Shown here in pieces: positions 22,671 through 34,935 of a DNA stretch of 37,203 bases. Each line of letters starts with the position of its first letter. Positions within the stretch are counted from its first letter, which is position 1. The position numbers and the translations under genes are program-made. Origin of the DNA: Octopus sinensis. Its lineage: Eukaryota. Below the pieces are notes generated by a model, which did not search any database, was not told the origin of the DNA, and worked only from the letters and a program-made list of their open reading frames with translations. The stretch spans positions 1-37,203 of the forward strand of contig NW_021835950.1 in assembly GCF_006345805.1 (NCBI RefSeq). The letters are read 5' to 3'.

Positions 22671-23762
22671 ACTGTGTGGGTCAAATATCAACCACATGAA
22701 AAAACAATTGAAGATTATAACCCAATTTTCTAGACATTACGATGAAATTTGACGAGTCCAAATGTGTATTTTTAAAGATAAAGCTGGAAAAAGTTGCACC
22801 CATCTCTGACAACCTAAGAATAAACGGGAAAATTATAGGTATCTCGGACATTTAGAATGATTATTTCAGAGCTGTTGTAAAGGACCCCAAAGTTTCAGAA
22901 TGCCCCATCAAAAGATTTGCGCAGGGGGACATCCAGGATAAGTCTGATACGGAGAGGTTAGTTAATGTGGGATGTGACAAGAGGGAAGAGTTTGATCTGT
23001 GCAGAGAGCTGACTAAACAAGTTAAAATCCCAAGAGGTTGGAATGTTTTCGTTTTTCTCCGATGAGAAAAACTTCTATCAGCTCCAAAAGGTAAATCGAA
23101 GGACCGAGAAATGGTTATGCACAGATCTAATTCAGATTCCACCGGCCATGCATATTAAGTTACCAGAAGCTGTAATGGTTCTGGGAGTCGTCAGCAATAA
23201 GGGAGATGTCATGTTTCCTCACTTTTTTCACAGAGCATACGAATCAATACTGCTGTTTACACAGGGGGGTTGCAGAAACATTTTAATCCCTGGATTGACA
23301 GACCACTCAACAGAGGACCGTATATCTTCCAACATGATTCTGTACCGTCTCATAAGGCTAGAACAATCCAGGTGTAGACGCGAGCCAATCTCCATCATCA
23401 TGATCTTCCACGCACATGGCATCCTAGCTCACAGGACCTTAATCCAGTGAACTATTACGTATGGGGCGTAGTCGAGAGAGAGAGAGGTCAATCAACGCCC
23501 CATGACTCCATACAATCACTCATGTCCACCATAACCAGCAGTAAGTTCAAAATTGACAGAGATCACCTGATTCTCGCATGTCAACGCTTTTGATCCCGTA
23601 TTCAAGCAGCCTTTGGCGCTAACCGTAGATTCATTGAATAGGTGTGACAAAAGAATTCTCAAGATTATTTGCAGCAATTTCAAATACAGCTTTCGTTTGA
23701 TGGCCTACGCGTCTTTTTCTAAATTCCTACAAATGACCTCAAAATTTGATGCACCGAGTATA
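22671..23762 (+). pseudogene. Decayed DD37D (maT-type) Tc1/mariner transposase
   Basis: FFSDEKNF...VMVLGVVSNKGDVM (ORF 23043-23450), then in another frame YIFQHDSVPSHKARTIQV*...WHPSSQDLNPVNYYVWGVVERE, and after a (GA) slip VNQRPH...ACQRF*SRIQAAFGANRRFIE* (ends ~23641). 37 residues separate the second Asp from the third site (Asn here). Possible degenerate TIRs at 22671-22686 and ~23744-23759 (12/16 match). Confidence 0.9.
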
Positions 23763-24136
23763 ATATACTAATTCGAGAAACATCAGTTTCTGTTCAGGTT
23801 AAATGAAAAATGTGACACAATGAAGGCGACACACATTCATAAGGTCACTTATTTATACACATACACACGCTCACATATAAAGACAAACATATAAGCACAT
23901 GTATACATACATTCAGAGAAATATATGCACGCAGGCATTTGCGCACTAGTAAGCATACATACATATGTATTAGTTTGTATAAAACCAACTATACATACGT
24001 ATAAATTGTGTCAATATATGTTGTTGCGTACACATAAACGCATTCACTCGCACACAAATCTGTGTACACATGCTTACATTTATGTGTGTATACATTTTGT
24101 GTTTATAAAAGCTTCAGATATATATATATACTCAAG

Positions 24137-24198
<62 letters not shown>

Positions 24199-24556
24199 TT
24201 GCATGACTTGACTTACTAACATCCACTTACGTATGAATGACCGCATCCATCAATCTATCTATCTATCAATCTATCTATCTATGTCTATCTGTCTGTCGTC
24301 TGTCTGTCTGTCTGTCTGTCTCTCTTTATTTATATATATAAATATATATATATATATATTGGTACTAAGAGAGAAAAAGAGAGAAAGAGGGATATATTTT
24401 ATATATATATATAATATATATATATACTATATATATATACATACATACATATATATGCATATATACATAGATACATAGATAGAAACATATATACGTATAT
24501 ATATAATATATATATATACACATAAACACACACATATACATATATACATACAATCA

Positions 24557-24608
<52 letters not shown>

Positions 24609-25191
24609 TGTATATATATATATATCTGTTTACACATGTATATGTATGCATTTATGTATTATGGTCTGTAATTGTGTGTATTTGTCTCTGTAAACTCACA
24701 CGTGTGTATGTTTAAATAGAAAAATAAAAGGAAGACGAACACTTAGGGGAAAGCTTGTGATATTTTACGCTGGAGACAGAGAAGGGAGTTGGCGATTTGA
24801 GCCGGCGCAGATGTGTTAATGTTTCGCAGCATGAAGTCAGGATTAAAAATCTATTTGCTATGCAACTAATCTGATTGTTTATAAATGTCAGATGCTTTAA
24901 TTTATGGATTGTCAACCAGAGACAGCAGGGGAGATAATCTCGACCAAACAGCTCGGTCAATATTAATTCCATATCGTTAAAAGGTGGAGTAGTTATATAT
25001 ATATATATATATAGTCATGCTTATACACACATATATATATATGAATATATGTGTGTGTGTATTGAGTATACGAACAGATGATATACAAAGTGTTTGGAAG
25101 AATAAAAAAGATATTGTAAAAGTGTAAGAGAGATGGAGTGGGAGAGAGAAAGAGAGAGGGGCAGTGGGTTAACATGTATGTTGTTGACAGC

Positions 25192-25231
<40 letters not shown>

Positions 25232-25250
25232 TAACATATACATTCATACG

Positions 25251-25293
<43 letters not shown>

Positions 25294-25315
25294 TATATAT
25301 ATATAATATAATGCG

Positions 25316-25459
25316 ATGTTGATGAAAATCGTGTTAATGGTTATGATGACAATAATGATAAGGATTTTAACGATGACGAATGATAATGATGTTCGTGATG
25401 TTGATGAGAAGGGTGACGATGAAGACGGGGCGGGGAATTGTGACAATGACAACGACGAC

Positions 25460-25513
<54 letters not shown>

Positions 25514-25708
25514 GATGACGATGACGATGACGATGATGGTGATGATGATGATGATGATGATGACGACGACGACAACCACAACCACGACAACGACGACGAT
25601 AATGATGATGATGATGGTGATGAGGATGATGATGACGATGAATATATTGATGACGATGACGGCAACAGCAGCAATGACAACAATGATAACGATAATGGTA
25701 ATGATGAT
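25316..25708. repeat. (GAT/GAC)n microsatellite
   Basis: Directly visible; source of the poly-D/M/S ORFs. Confidence 0.95.
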
Positions 25709-26106
25709 TTCAAATTTGGGCACAGTGCGTCCAATTTCTTGAGAAAGGGGACTAATCGATACATCGATTTCTGCGCTCAACTAGTATTTATTTTATTGCC
25801 CCAGAAAGGATGAACCACTAAATCACTGCTTTGCAACCTTTTTTTATTTTTACTTACGATACACTTATATTCTTTTAAAAATTCTGTGGCACACCTGAAC
25901 TAAAAATGTAATTAAAAGTATAGGGAAAAAATATTATACTCAGATTACACTGCATCGTCTCGTATCACACCAGAGTGCCGCGGCATACCGGTTGCCGAGC
26001 ACTGAGCTAAGTCGACCTAGGTGGAATTTTGAAATCAGCACGTAAAGATGGACGAAGTGTCGCTAGGCGTCTTGCCTGGCATAATGACGATTCTGCAAGA
26101 TCGCCG
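25709..26106 (-). mobile_element. Family A SINE split by a MITE insertion
   Basis: ...gaaaggatgaa (to 25814) resumes at agctaagtcgacctaggtggaatttt (from 26005); the family consensus is gaaaggatgaaaggcaaagtcgacc. Confidence 0.8.
25824..26004. mobile_element. hAT-like MITE, 181 bp
   Basis: 15-bp TIRs cactgctttgcaacc / ggttgccgagcactg (12/15 match); degenerate 8-bp TSD cactaaat / agctaagt. Confidence 0.78.
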
Positions 26107-26112
26107 TCTTAA

Positions 26113-26253
26113 ATGATAGTAACATCATCATCAACAACAACAATAACAACAACAACGATAACAACAACAATAATGATGATAATGATAATGATGATGATGA
26201 TGATAATAATAATAATAATAACAACAACAACAACAACAACAACAATAATAATT

Positions 26254-26305
<52 letters not shown>

Positions 26306-26402
26306 CAACAACAAAATCAACTACTACTACTATCACAACAGCAGCAATAACAACAACAATGATGATAATAATAAAATAACAATGGTAATACAGTGATAAC
26401 AA
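26113..26402. repeat. (CAA/TAA/TGA)n compound microsatellite
   Basis: Directly visible. Confidence 0.95.
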
Positions 26403-27009
26403 CTTAGACGTAGTTGTAGTTGATCACATTAGTTTTGATAGTGAAGCAAGGAAGAAGTAATTGACAAGATTAAGCGGGGATCAGATTAAGAAAGAAATCT
26501 TAGTGAGATTCAAAGTGAAATCTATCTGCCTTATAAATCGGTCCAGCAACAAGAACACCATTGAAGCAGATGCGAGTTCCATTGCGGGTTGAAGAAGGAC
26601 CGTTGATGCTGGGTTTCCCCTTTCCGCCGGTTCTTTCACCAAACCCATTCAGTGGATCCGATATAAAGAATATGTTACGTCCTGCGAACTGATTTTTTCT
26701 GACTATAAATGAATGAAATCTTGTCGTATTGAACAACAAGATTCTGTGAAGCGCTTGGGAATTAAATTACATTCCTCAGAAATGGTAACTTGTTGTTAGC
26801 ATATTCGAGCAACGTATTCAGCAACAATAATGGGAATAATTCTTGGATGTCATTTGTTCGGGAACCAATTTGTTTCGAAATCGTGTGTTGGGAATAAAAT
26901 AATCGTATAAAGCAAAGCAACAATCACGAAAACAGTAATACATATCATGGTGTTAACGACGTGACGGAATAGAATCTCCTCGACGATAACAACAAAAAAA
27001 ACAAAACAA

Positions 27010-27440
27010 AAAGAAGAAAAAACAGAAGATAGAAGAGAAGATTCACGGAGAATGAGAATGTTGCTCGTATCTGAACTTAATGCTGCTAACAAACTCGAAG
27101 CCATGAACACATTGTAGCATTTTCAACTGGACAGAGAATGATCTAGAAAAAATGTATGCCAATAAATGAAAAATGCAAACAATAGAGAAAATATACCACC
27201 CAAAAGCAGGTGTTGACAGGCTGAGTTCTGCTAAGAGAGATGATGGCTTAGGACTTGTTCAGGTAGAACGAAGAGTCACAAGGCATAAGGCTGTGTAAGT
27301 ACCTAGGAAGAACAGGAGGCATTCTCCTGCAGATAATCAATTGTTATGATGGATGGGAAGACATCTAACTCTGTAATGAAAGAGGCCAAAATGTACAACG
27401 AAAACTTTGGAAACATCAGAAATATCACTGACAATACTGA
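27010..27440 (+). mobile_element. R4/Dong-clade LINE relic (region C-terminal to the RT core)
   Basis: Translates in pieces to RMRMLLVSELNAANKLEAMNT, SIFNWTENDLEKM and IYHPKAGVDRLSSAKRDDGLGLVQVE (compare HPKADVDRLY.PR..GGRGL). Confidence 0.85.
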
Positions 27441-27534
27441 CCAGAAAATATTTTGATTATTAGAAGTGGTAGATGGACAACCTTGCTCAGAATTGAATAT
27501 GGTGGTTGTGAAAGGTAAAGCCGTTGAATGCGGC

Positions 27535-27597
27535 AATGGTGATGATGACGACGACGGTAACGACGATGACGACGAAGATAATGACGATGACGATGAC

Positions 27598-27634
<37 letters not shown>

Positions 27635-27789
27635 GTGGTGATGATGATGATGATGATGCTGATGATGATGATGATGATGATGACAACGACGACGACGATG
27701 ATGATGATGATGATGATGATTACGACGACGACGACGATGAGAATGATGATGACGACGACGATGATGATGATGATGATGACGATGATGAC

Positions 27790-27821
<32 letters not shown>

Positions 27822-27845
27822 TGATGATGATGATGACGACGATGG

Positions 27846-27888
<43 letters not shown>

Positions 27889-28245
27889 AATAATGATGAT
27901 GATGATGATGATGATGATGATCTCAATGAAGAGGCAACACTACCTAGCAAAGCCAAAGTTCAACGACAGAATCCATTAAAAGAATCTATCAATAAGATAG
28001 CAGAAAATACAAACAGAACCGTCATTATTAATATAACCGAGCCGTCACCACCACCACCACAACTATCACCACCACCACCACCACAACCGCCACCGCCACC
28101 ACCACGACCACAACTACACGACCATGACGACGACGACCACCATCTTGATGATGATTATCATCATCATCACCAAAAGCAACAACAACAATAACAGCAGTAA
28201 CGACAACTACAAAAGCAGCAACAACTGCAACAACAACAACAACAA
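27535..28245. repeat. (GAT/GAC)n tract plus (CCA)n and (CAA)n tracts
   Basis: Directly visible; accounts for ORF 27466-28191. Confidence 0.93.
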
Positions 28246-28841
28246 GGTATCTTGTTTCCCATCACCTCTAACGACAATATTAACCGCGGCAAAAATAACC
28301 AAATCAATTATTTATTAATAATATTGTATTGTTGTTATTATTTATATTTTGATAACATTATGAGATATGCCTCCATCACTGTCATCACTGTCATCATCAT
28401 CATTATCATTATGACCAACTCTACAACTATTATTTATCAAATCTGCTGCTGCTGCTGCTACTACTACTACTACTACTACTGCAGCTGCTACTGCTGCTGC
28501 AGCAAAAACAATAATTATTTCTGATTAAGGCATAAGACCTGATATTGCGGAAGAAGATTTGATCTATTAAGTCGACCCCTTTTTTTGGTACAAACTCTGC
28601 AAAACATTGAGAACCAGGAATAGGATGAAAGTGCTGGTGAGTGACAATAGCCAATCGTCATGTGTATATCGCAGCAATCAGTCACATAGCAAGCAGTCCA
28701 GAACCGACATGTCGTTCGAAGTTTGAGGAGAAAACAACAGCAATTGTCCTCAACAAAATTATAAGAACCCTTCAAAGTTAGATGTTTCTAACTGCTTGTT
28801 TGGAATATCTATACAAAGCTCTTACGATTATGCTCGTTACT

Positions 28842-29305
28842 GATTACAGGTAAGTTCAATGCAATCATTTCATCGCAGGAGAGTTCACCGCCATCAATTC
28901 ACCGTGAAGAATGTGCTGCCCGAATTCAAAGACTCTTTCAAAGTTATAATGAAGATAATTGCATCCGTGACTGTTTGCGTGGAAGAGCTCTTAACATCAC
29001 TTATTAGAAATCTGGTTTACTGATTTGATTAAACTCATTAATCTTTTAAATTTTGTTCATTAAATTGATTAAACCTATTTGATTTTTGAATAGATTGGTG
29101 ATAAGGGATTTAAAACTTTTTGTCTGGGAAATTTCCTATCCGCTAATTAAACACATTAGAGTTCGAAAATAAGGTTTTTTTCATTCTTTTACCGTCAGCT
29201 TATCTCTCTGTAAACTTTCCTGGCGGTGGACCTTCCTCGCAGTGAACATTCCTTACGGTGAACTTCGCCTGCCGTGAACTGATGGCGGTGAATTTACCGG
29301 ACATG
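28842..29305. mobile_element. Foldback/Mutator-like non-autonomous element with TIRs built of tandem TTCACCG subrepeats
   Basis: Left ggtaagttcaatgc...gagttcaccgccatcaattcaccgtg; right reverse complement ggtaaattcaccgccatcagttcacggcagg.gaagttcaccgtaaggaatg. Degenerate 9-bp TSD ctcgttact / ttggttaca. Confidence 0.65.
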
Positions 29306-29554
29306 TTGGTTACACACCTGGAGAGCAATAAAACGTTACAAGAACCATAAAGAGTGCAGAAACGGGGGATTTATGTCTATAAATGCTACTGTTAAAGATT
29401 TTGGCCGGAATTTTGTTACCGTTAAATATTTTGGTAGCATTCCACAGTGGAGATATCCTACCTGATTAAAGCGGGTCTAATAATAAGGAAATATGTCGGT
29501 CAAGCCATGCCAGAATAGAAAGTAAATATATAAATACAAAGTAAATAAAAGATA

Positions 29555-30300
29555 ATTAAAACAATCGGTATCCCTTAAGAAGAAGAATCTTCCAGAATAA
29601 CTTATCACTGTATTCATATTTAGCTGTGATTCCCTTTACAGTCCATTTGAGAAAAATCATCAATGAGTAAAGATGCTATGAGCAAACTAGAAACGTCTTT
29701 GTTGGAAGATTCGAAAATATTTATAAGGGGTTTCATGGAGCTGGAAAACCTGCTAAAATTGCTTATAAATCCAGTCACGAGATAAAGACCTATACAGGAT
29801 TAGACAAATGTGCCAAAGTCAGTATGAGAAGAGGAAATTTAACTAAATCTGAGAATATTAAATTAGGCATAAAGCTTGCATAAAAAGAATTAGAGTTAAA
29901 GTACTCATACAAATACTTAGGCTTTGATGAAATTGATGAATGACAACACACGAAACTGACAGAGAATATTAGGAAATATTACTACTGACAGTTCAGAAAT
30001 AAAAGTTAGTAGAAATATATTCTCTAGTTTTAAACAACAGGTTCAACATAAACTTGAAGTTTGAATAAGTGAAAACTGAGATTTAAAAAAAAAAACTGGC
30101 AAACTTTAACAACTATCCGAAGCCATCTTACCTAAACTTAGCAATATGTAGAAAGTACCTATAATTCCCATCTAAGGAGAGTGGGGTCTGAAAAAATAGA
30201 AAACTACCACAAGATAACAAGAGTCGGTTTAAAAAAATATTAAGAAGCAAGCAAAGAGAAAATATTCTTTCTGCATGCAAATGATTATAGAATTATGAAA
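29555..30300 (+). mobile_element. R4/Dong-clade LINE relic (reverse transcriptase fragments)
   Basis: IPLRRRIFQN (compare RRGIFQGDSLSP), GLDKCAKVSMRRGNLTKSENIKLG, IKELELKYSYKYLGFDE; many stops and frameshifts. May extend to ~30560. Confidence 0.85.
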
Positions 30301-30651
30301 TGGAAATTAGGTGCACTGAAGAAAAGCATTAAGATAAAGACAAATATTTCAAAGAAGCAATACAAAATCAAAGCGGAATTCCAGAATTTATTAAAGGAAA
30401 ACAGAAAGAAAAACACACCATGACCAATATTTTATATGACTTTATCAAGAGGAAGCAAGCCAAGGCGAAATTCAACAAAGAAAAACTCAGCACTAAGAGC
30501 AGATACGGAATGTCTGATAGTAGTTGCATAAGACCAAGGTCTAGCCACAAACAACAATAGAAATAAAACAGTGAAACATGTGGCCATCGTCAGGTACAAA
30601 CTTTGCTACTAGTATAATACGGAAGTTGACAACAATATTTGTGGGATTTGA

Positions 30652-30785
30652 GCGGACTGCTTGGTAGAATCGTTGGCGCACCGAATTAAAATGTTTGGCG
30701 ACATTTGTCCCAGCTTAACGTTCTGAGTTCAAATCTCTCCGAGGTCGACTTCGCCATTCATCCTTTAAGGATCGATAAAATAAGT
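30652..30785 (+). mobile_element. Family A SINE, 3'-truncated
   Basis: tggtagaatcgttggcgcaccg...gttctgagttcaaat...gaggtcgacttcgccattcatccttt...tcgataaaataagt. Confidence 0.88.
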
Positions 30786-30856
30786 GTGTGTATCTATTTA
30801 TATGTACGTATGTATATTATTTATATATATATATTTATAATTATATATATATATTA

Positions 30857-30904
<48 letters not shown>

Positions 30905-31365
30905 GCTTATATGAATGTATGCATGAATGTATGTGATCTACGTAGACGTGCGTACGTGTTATCTTTAAGAGGAACCTATAGCATGGAAGATCTAGTGTGG
31001 TTTTATACATACATATGTACATATAACATACATATACGCACATATATATATATATATATGCATACATGTAGGTATAAATGCATATATATATATATATAAA
31101 TATGCATACATACATATACGTATGTGTGTGTGTGTGTGTGAAAATACACACACACACACATATGTATGTGTATAAGCTGGCATGTGGTTGGAACGCTTCT
31201 ACAGATGTTTTTTGTTGCTGCTGTGTTGTATGTTGTGGCAGAGCTGAATATAGTTAAGCCCGTAGCTTCGTAGGACAGAAATTCACCTGGTGTGGAAGGG
31301 AGGTTGAGGTGGGATGGAGGGGGAGAATGAGTCAGGATTCCTTCTGTTCACCTCGGTGCAAAATT

Positions 31366-31441
<76 letters not shown>

Positions 31442-31553
31442 TGTTGTTGTTGTTGTTGTAACAGCAGCAACAGAAATGGAAGTGGTTGAAGAAGAAGAAG
31501 AAGAAGAAGAAGAAGAAGAAGAAGAAGAAGAAGAAGAAGAAGAAGAAGAAGAA

Positions 31554-31585
<32 letters not shown>

Positions 31586-31607
31586 AGAAGATGATGAAGA
31601 AGAAGAA
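31366..31607. repeat. (TAG)n-(TTG)n-(GAA)n microsatellite
   Basis: Directly visible; source of the poly-V/poly-E ORF. Confidence 0.97.
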
Positions 31608-31910
31608 TGCTTCGCAATATGATGTGATAAGGGTGTTGTAGTTTAGTTCTAGGTCAGCCTTGACCCTTCAGGCCTATTACGAAGAACATTCCAGCCGTGA
31701 CCATACCATCTGACTTTTTTTTAAATCTTTTCAGGCAATGAAGTATTTGTTCCGATATTTAGTGTGTGATTTGAGTGGTATTTAGTTGCTATTTTCAGAG
31801 GACAAGCGATAGAGTTCGTGATGTTGTTGTTCGTACTAGTACTGTAGATAAACGTGATGTTAATGAAGAGATGAAAACAGATTTAATGACTGATGTTAGT
31901 GAATCCTATA

Positions 31911-32232
31911 GTGAAGTCGCGTGGCTTAGTGGTTAGGGGTTCTCAGATCACGATCGCAAATTGTGAGTTCGATTCCCGTTGGCACATTGTTTCCTTGACC
32001 AGATCACTTTACTTCCTGCCGCTCGTGTTCGCTCAACTAGTAACAATGAGTAGTACCTGTATTTTAAAATGTCAGCATGTCCCATTCAGCGTCACGCTGA
32101 ATGTCCCTGAGAACTACATAAGGGTTCGTGTGTCTTTGGAGTGCTCAACCACTTGCAAGTTAATTTCATGAGCAGGCTATTCTGTTGATTGGATTAACTG
32201 AAACCCTCGGTGTCGTAACTAACGGAGTGCCA
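31911..32232 (+). mobile_element. tRNA-derived SINE, family C
   Basis: A box TGGCTTAGTGG (31922-31932), B box GAGTTCGATTCC (31965-31976), then CORE-like ttgtttccttgaccagatcactttac and a ~200-bp body. No tRNA acceptor stem. Confidence 0.78.
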
Positions 32233-32344
32233 GGTTTTTTTCTTTTTGTAGAATGAATCTTGGTCAAGAGAAAAGAGTTCGGGCGATGGTTCTCAAACTT
32301 TGATTAATCAAAATTTGAAATATCCGGCAGTGTTCTGGGAATAA

Positions 32345-32740
32345 ACTGGAACTGCGTCCAGTGGTGATGTTCTGGTTCGGCAGTTCCAAGGTTTTGAGGA
32401 ATGTGGAAACACCTCATAGCCCCTATTGTTCCTAGGTTTGGGACCTAGAACAGTGGCACCTGTCAGGTCCCCAGTTCTGGGTTAGTTAGCAAGTCATTTA
32501 GGCAGGTGGAGCTCTTTAGGCTGGGGTAGAGTTAACTCATTTAGGGGATGGAAATCCCAGGTATTAAACCTTTGCTGGTTTGCAGCCATACCCGTCTGTA
32601 GAAAAGGCTCCGGGGTTAACTCGCTGTGAAATCTGGTGTCAGAACTGGAGGAGTTTGCTAATGCCTCGTTCAGGCAATTACTGTAACGATGCTGTCCACA
32701 AATTTTAGTTCATGCTTCTTGATCAACAACCTGTTCTCTA
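32345..32740 (+). mobile_element. Possible 5'UTR relic of an RTE-clade LINE
   Basis: Locally GC-richer block; recalled resemblance of ggaatgtgga..acc.c...gcacctgtcagg.ccc to molluscan RTE leaders. No ORF retained. Confidence 0.35.
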
Positions 32741-32929
32741 TACAAGCCGAGCTTGGATTCTATCAAACACTCTATAATTGAGGAATAGCATCGAACTATA
32801 CAGCTACAGAAAGCGGTGCTCTAATGACACGAATAACCTGGTCCTTTATCCCTACTTATTAGACGGAGGGCCATGCTGTAAGGACATTAAAACATTATCT
32901 CAACGGATTATATTTAGTTCATCTAGGGT

Positions 32930-33100
32930 ATCGAGCCAACAGAATCGTTAGCACGCCGGGCATTTCATCCATCCTTACGTTCTGAGTTCAAGTTCTGCCG
33001 ATGTTGACTAGCCTTTCATCCTTTCGGGATCGATAAATTAAATGCCAACCGAGCTCCCCCGAAACTGCTGGCCTTGTGCCACAATTTGAAACCAATATTC
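32930..33100 (+). mobile_element. Family A SINE with two internal deletions
   Basis: cagaatcgttagcacgccggg, gttctgagttcaagttctgccga, gcctttcatcctttcgggatcgataaatt, ctggccttgtgcca.aatttgaaacc. Confidence 0.88.
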
Positions 33101-33469
33101 AATAAATCTGTCCTTTGGAAAATTTAGTGATAACGTCGTACATATTTTCGTCTTATTAGTCCTCGTCATTGAAGTTCACATCTTACTGGTACTCGCCAGA
33201 TTCAGTGACAGAGTATCACTGTGTAGATGTAGAAGAGATGGACATGCGTTGGTGTGGAGTCTTGCTGTAATAAATGAAGGAACCGCTTAAGAACTCCATC
33301 AGCATAGAATGCAATAGTTAATTAAAACAGGTACAACAGAATAAGGGGAAAACTAGGCACAGTTAACTTGTATTAAATCTGCGGAATGTATGATTTGAAG
33401 ATTTTGGTTGCTGTTTCTAGCCAATGGAGTGACCATATAGCGTCACTTTAGTTGGATCGTTCTTTGAAG

Positions 33470-34128
33470 GTTGTGGTGGTGGTGGTGGTGGTGGTAGTTA
33501 TGGATACGACAGTGGCTGTGGTTGTAATGTTGGTGAGGATGGTGATCGTGATGGTAGTAGTGATGGCGATAGTGATGGTCATGATAGTGGTTGTGGTAAT
33601 TGTGGTGATATGGCTGTTGCGATGGTGGTGGTGGTGGCCGCGACGGTGGCGGTGGTGGTGGTGGTGATGATGATGATGGTGATAGTAGCAGTTGTGGTAT
33701 TAGTAAGGTATTAGTCGTAGTACTGTTACTGGTGGTTGTTGGCGATAGTGTTGGTGGTAGAGATGAGGTCTTGCTGCTAGTATTGATGGTTGTGATCGCG
33801 ATAGAACGTATTGGTGCTGATGCTGGTAGTGGTGATATTGGTGGCGATGGTGATGCTGAGGGTGGTGGTGATGGTAGAGGTGAGATGTCGAGACTAGCAT
33901 TCGTAGTGGAGGCGAGGTGCGGGAGCTAGTGGTAGCGGTGATGCGCTAATATTAGTATTGGTGGGGTGCATTGTTATTAGTCAAGGTGATGGGGGAATGT
34001 CGCGGTTGGGTATATATATATGTTTGTCATTAATATTTTCACCATAGGCGATGGTGGCGGTGGCGGCGGCGGCGGTTTCGGCACTGTTGGCAGTAGTTAT
34101 GGTGGTGGTGGTGGTGGTGGTGGTGGGG
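33470..34128. repeat. Degenerate (GGT/GAT)n low-complexity tract
   Basis: Directly visible. Confidence 0.85.
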
Positions 34129-34475
34129 TTTGAAACGGTGACTAAGTAAGCCGTGTGGGCGGGTCGAAGGCGTTCGGGGTGCATCGTCAGTGCAACGCGA
34201 TGGTTACAGAACCGATGATGACACAATCGAGATGCAGTTGACTAGATGTGATCGACAGATGTTTAGTGTAATAATGTGACGTCATAGTATCGACTGGAGG
34301 GGAAGCCGGGAAAGTCAGCTGGAGGCGGGTAACACTGGGGACACATCTATCAACCTGTGGGTGTGTGTGTGTGTGTGTGTGTGTGTGTCTCCGTGTCTAG
34401 CTGCATGCATACATACATATGTGTACTTATACATATATACATGTATAAATACATTCGCATATAATATATATATGA

Positions 34476-34522
<47 letters not shown>

Positions 34523-34685
34523 AATATAACATATATACGCAGTATACATTACACGTGCGTGTGAATGTGCATAGGTATATGCATACATTCGTATACGTAT
34601 ACATAACATATAAACACATATACATTTCATATATATTATATATACGCATATATGTGTGTATGCTTGTGCATAGGTATATATATAT

Positions 34686-34727
<42 letters not shown>

Positions 34728-34822
34728 GTGTGTGTGTGTCTGTCAGTTTGAACGTTTGTCTGTATATCTGTCTGTCTACATGTATGTATGTATGTATGTA
34801 TGTATGTATGTATGTATGTATG

Positions 34823-34856
<34 letters not shown>

Positions 34857-34935
34857 TATGCATGTATGTATGTGGTGAGAAGGTATGTATCTATTAATAT
34901 ATTCTGGTATGAATTTGCAACTTCGCTCTAAGATA

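Noticed and set aside
26500-26739. Non-repetitive 79-aa minus-strand ORF
   Set aside because: Non-ATG start, no recognisable domain in any frame and no clear splice boundaries.
27466-28191. 241-aa poly-Asp/poly-Pro ORF resembling an acidic biomineralisation protein
   Set aside because: Made of GAT/GAC and CCA microsatellites that are open by construction; GTG start; begins at the edge of a LINE relic; a similar tract at 25316 behaves the same way.
31314-31622. Poly-V/poly-E ORF with an ATG start
   Set aside because: Entirely TAG, TTG and GAA repeats with no domain content.
31911-31985. Possible tRNA gene
   Set aside because: A and B boxes are present but there is no acceptor stem or immediate terminator; it continues into a SINE body.
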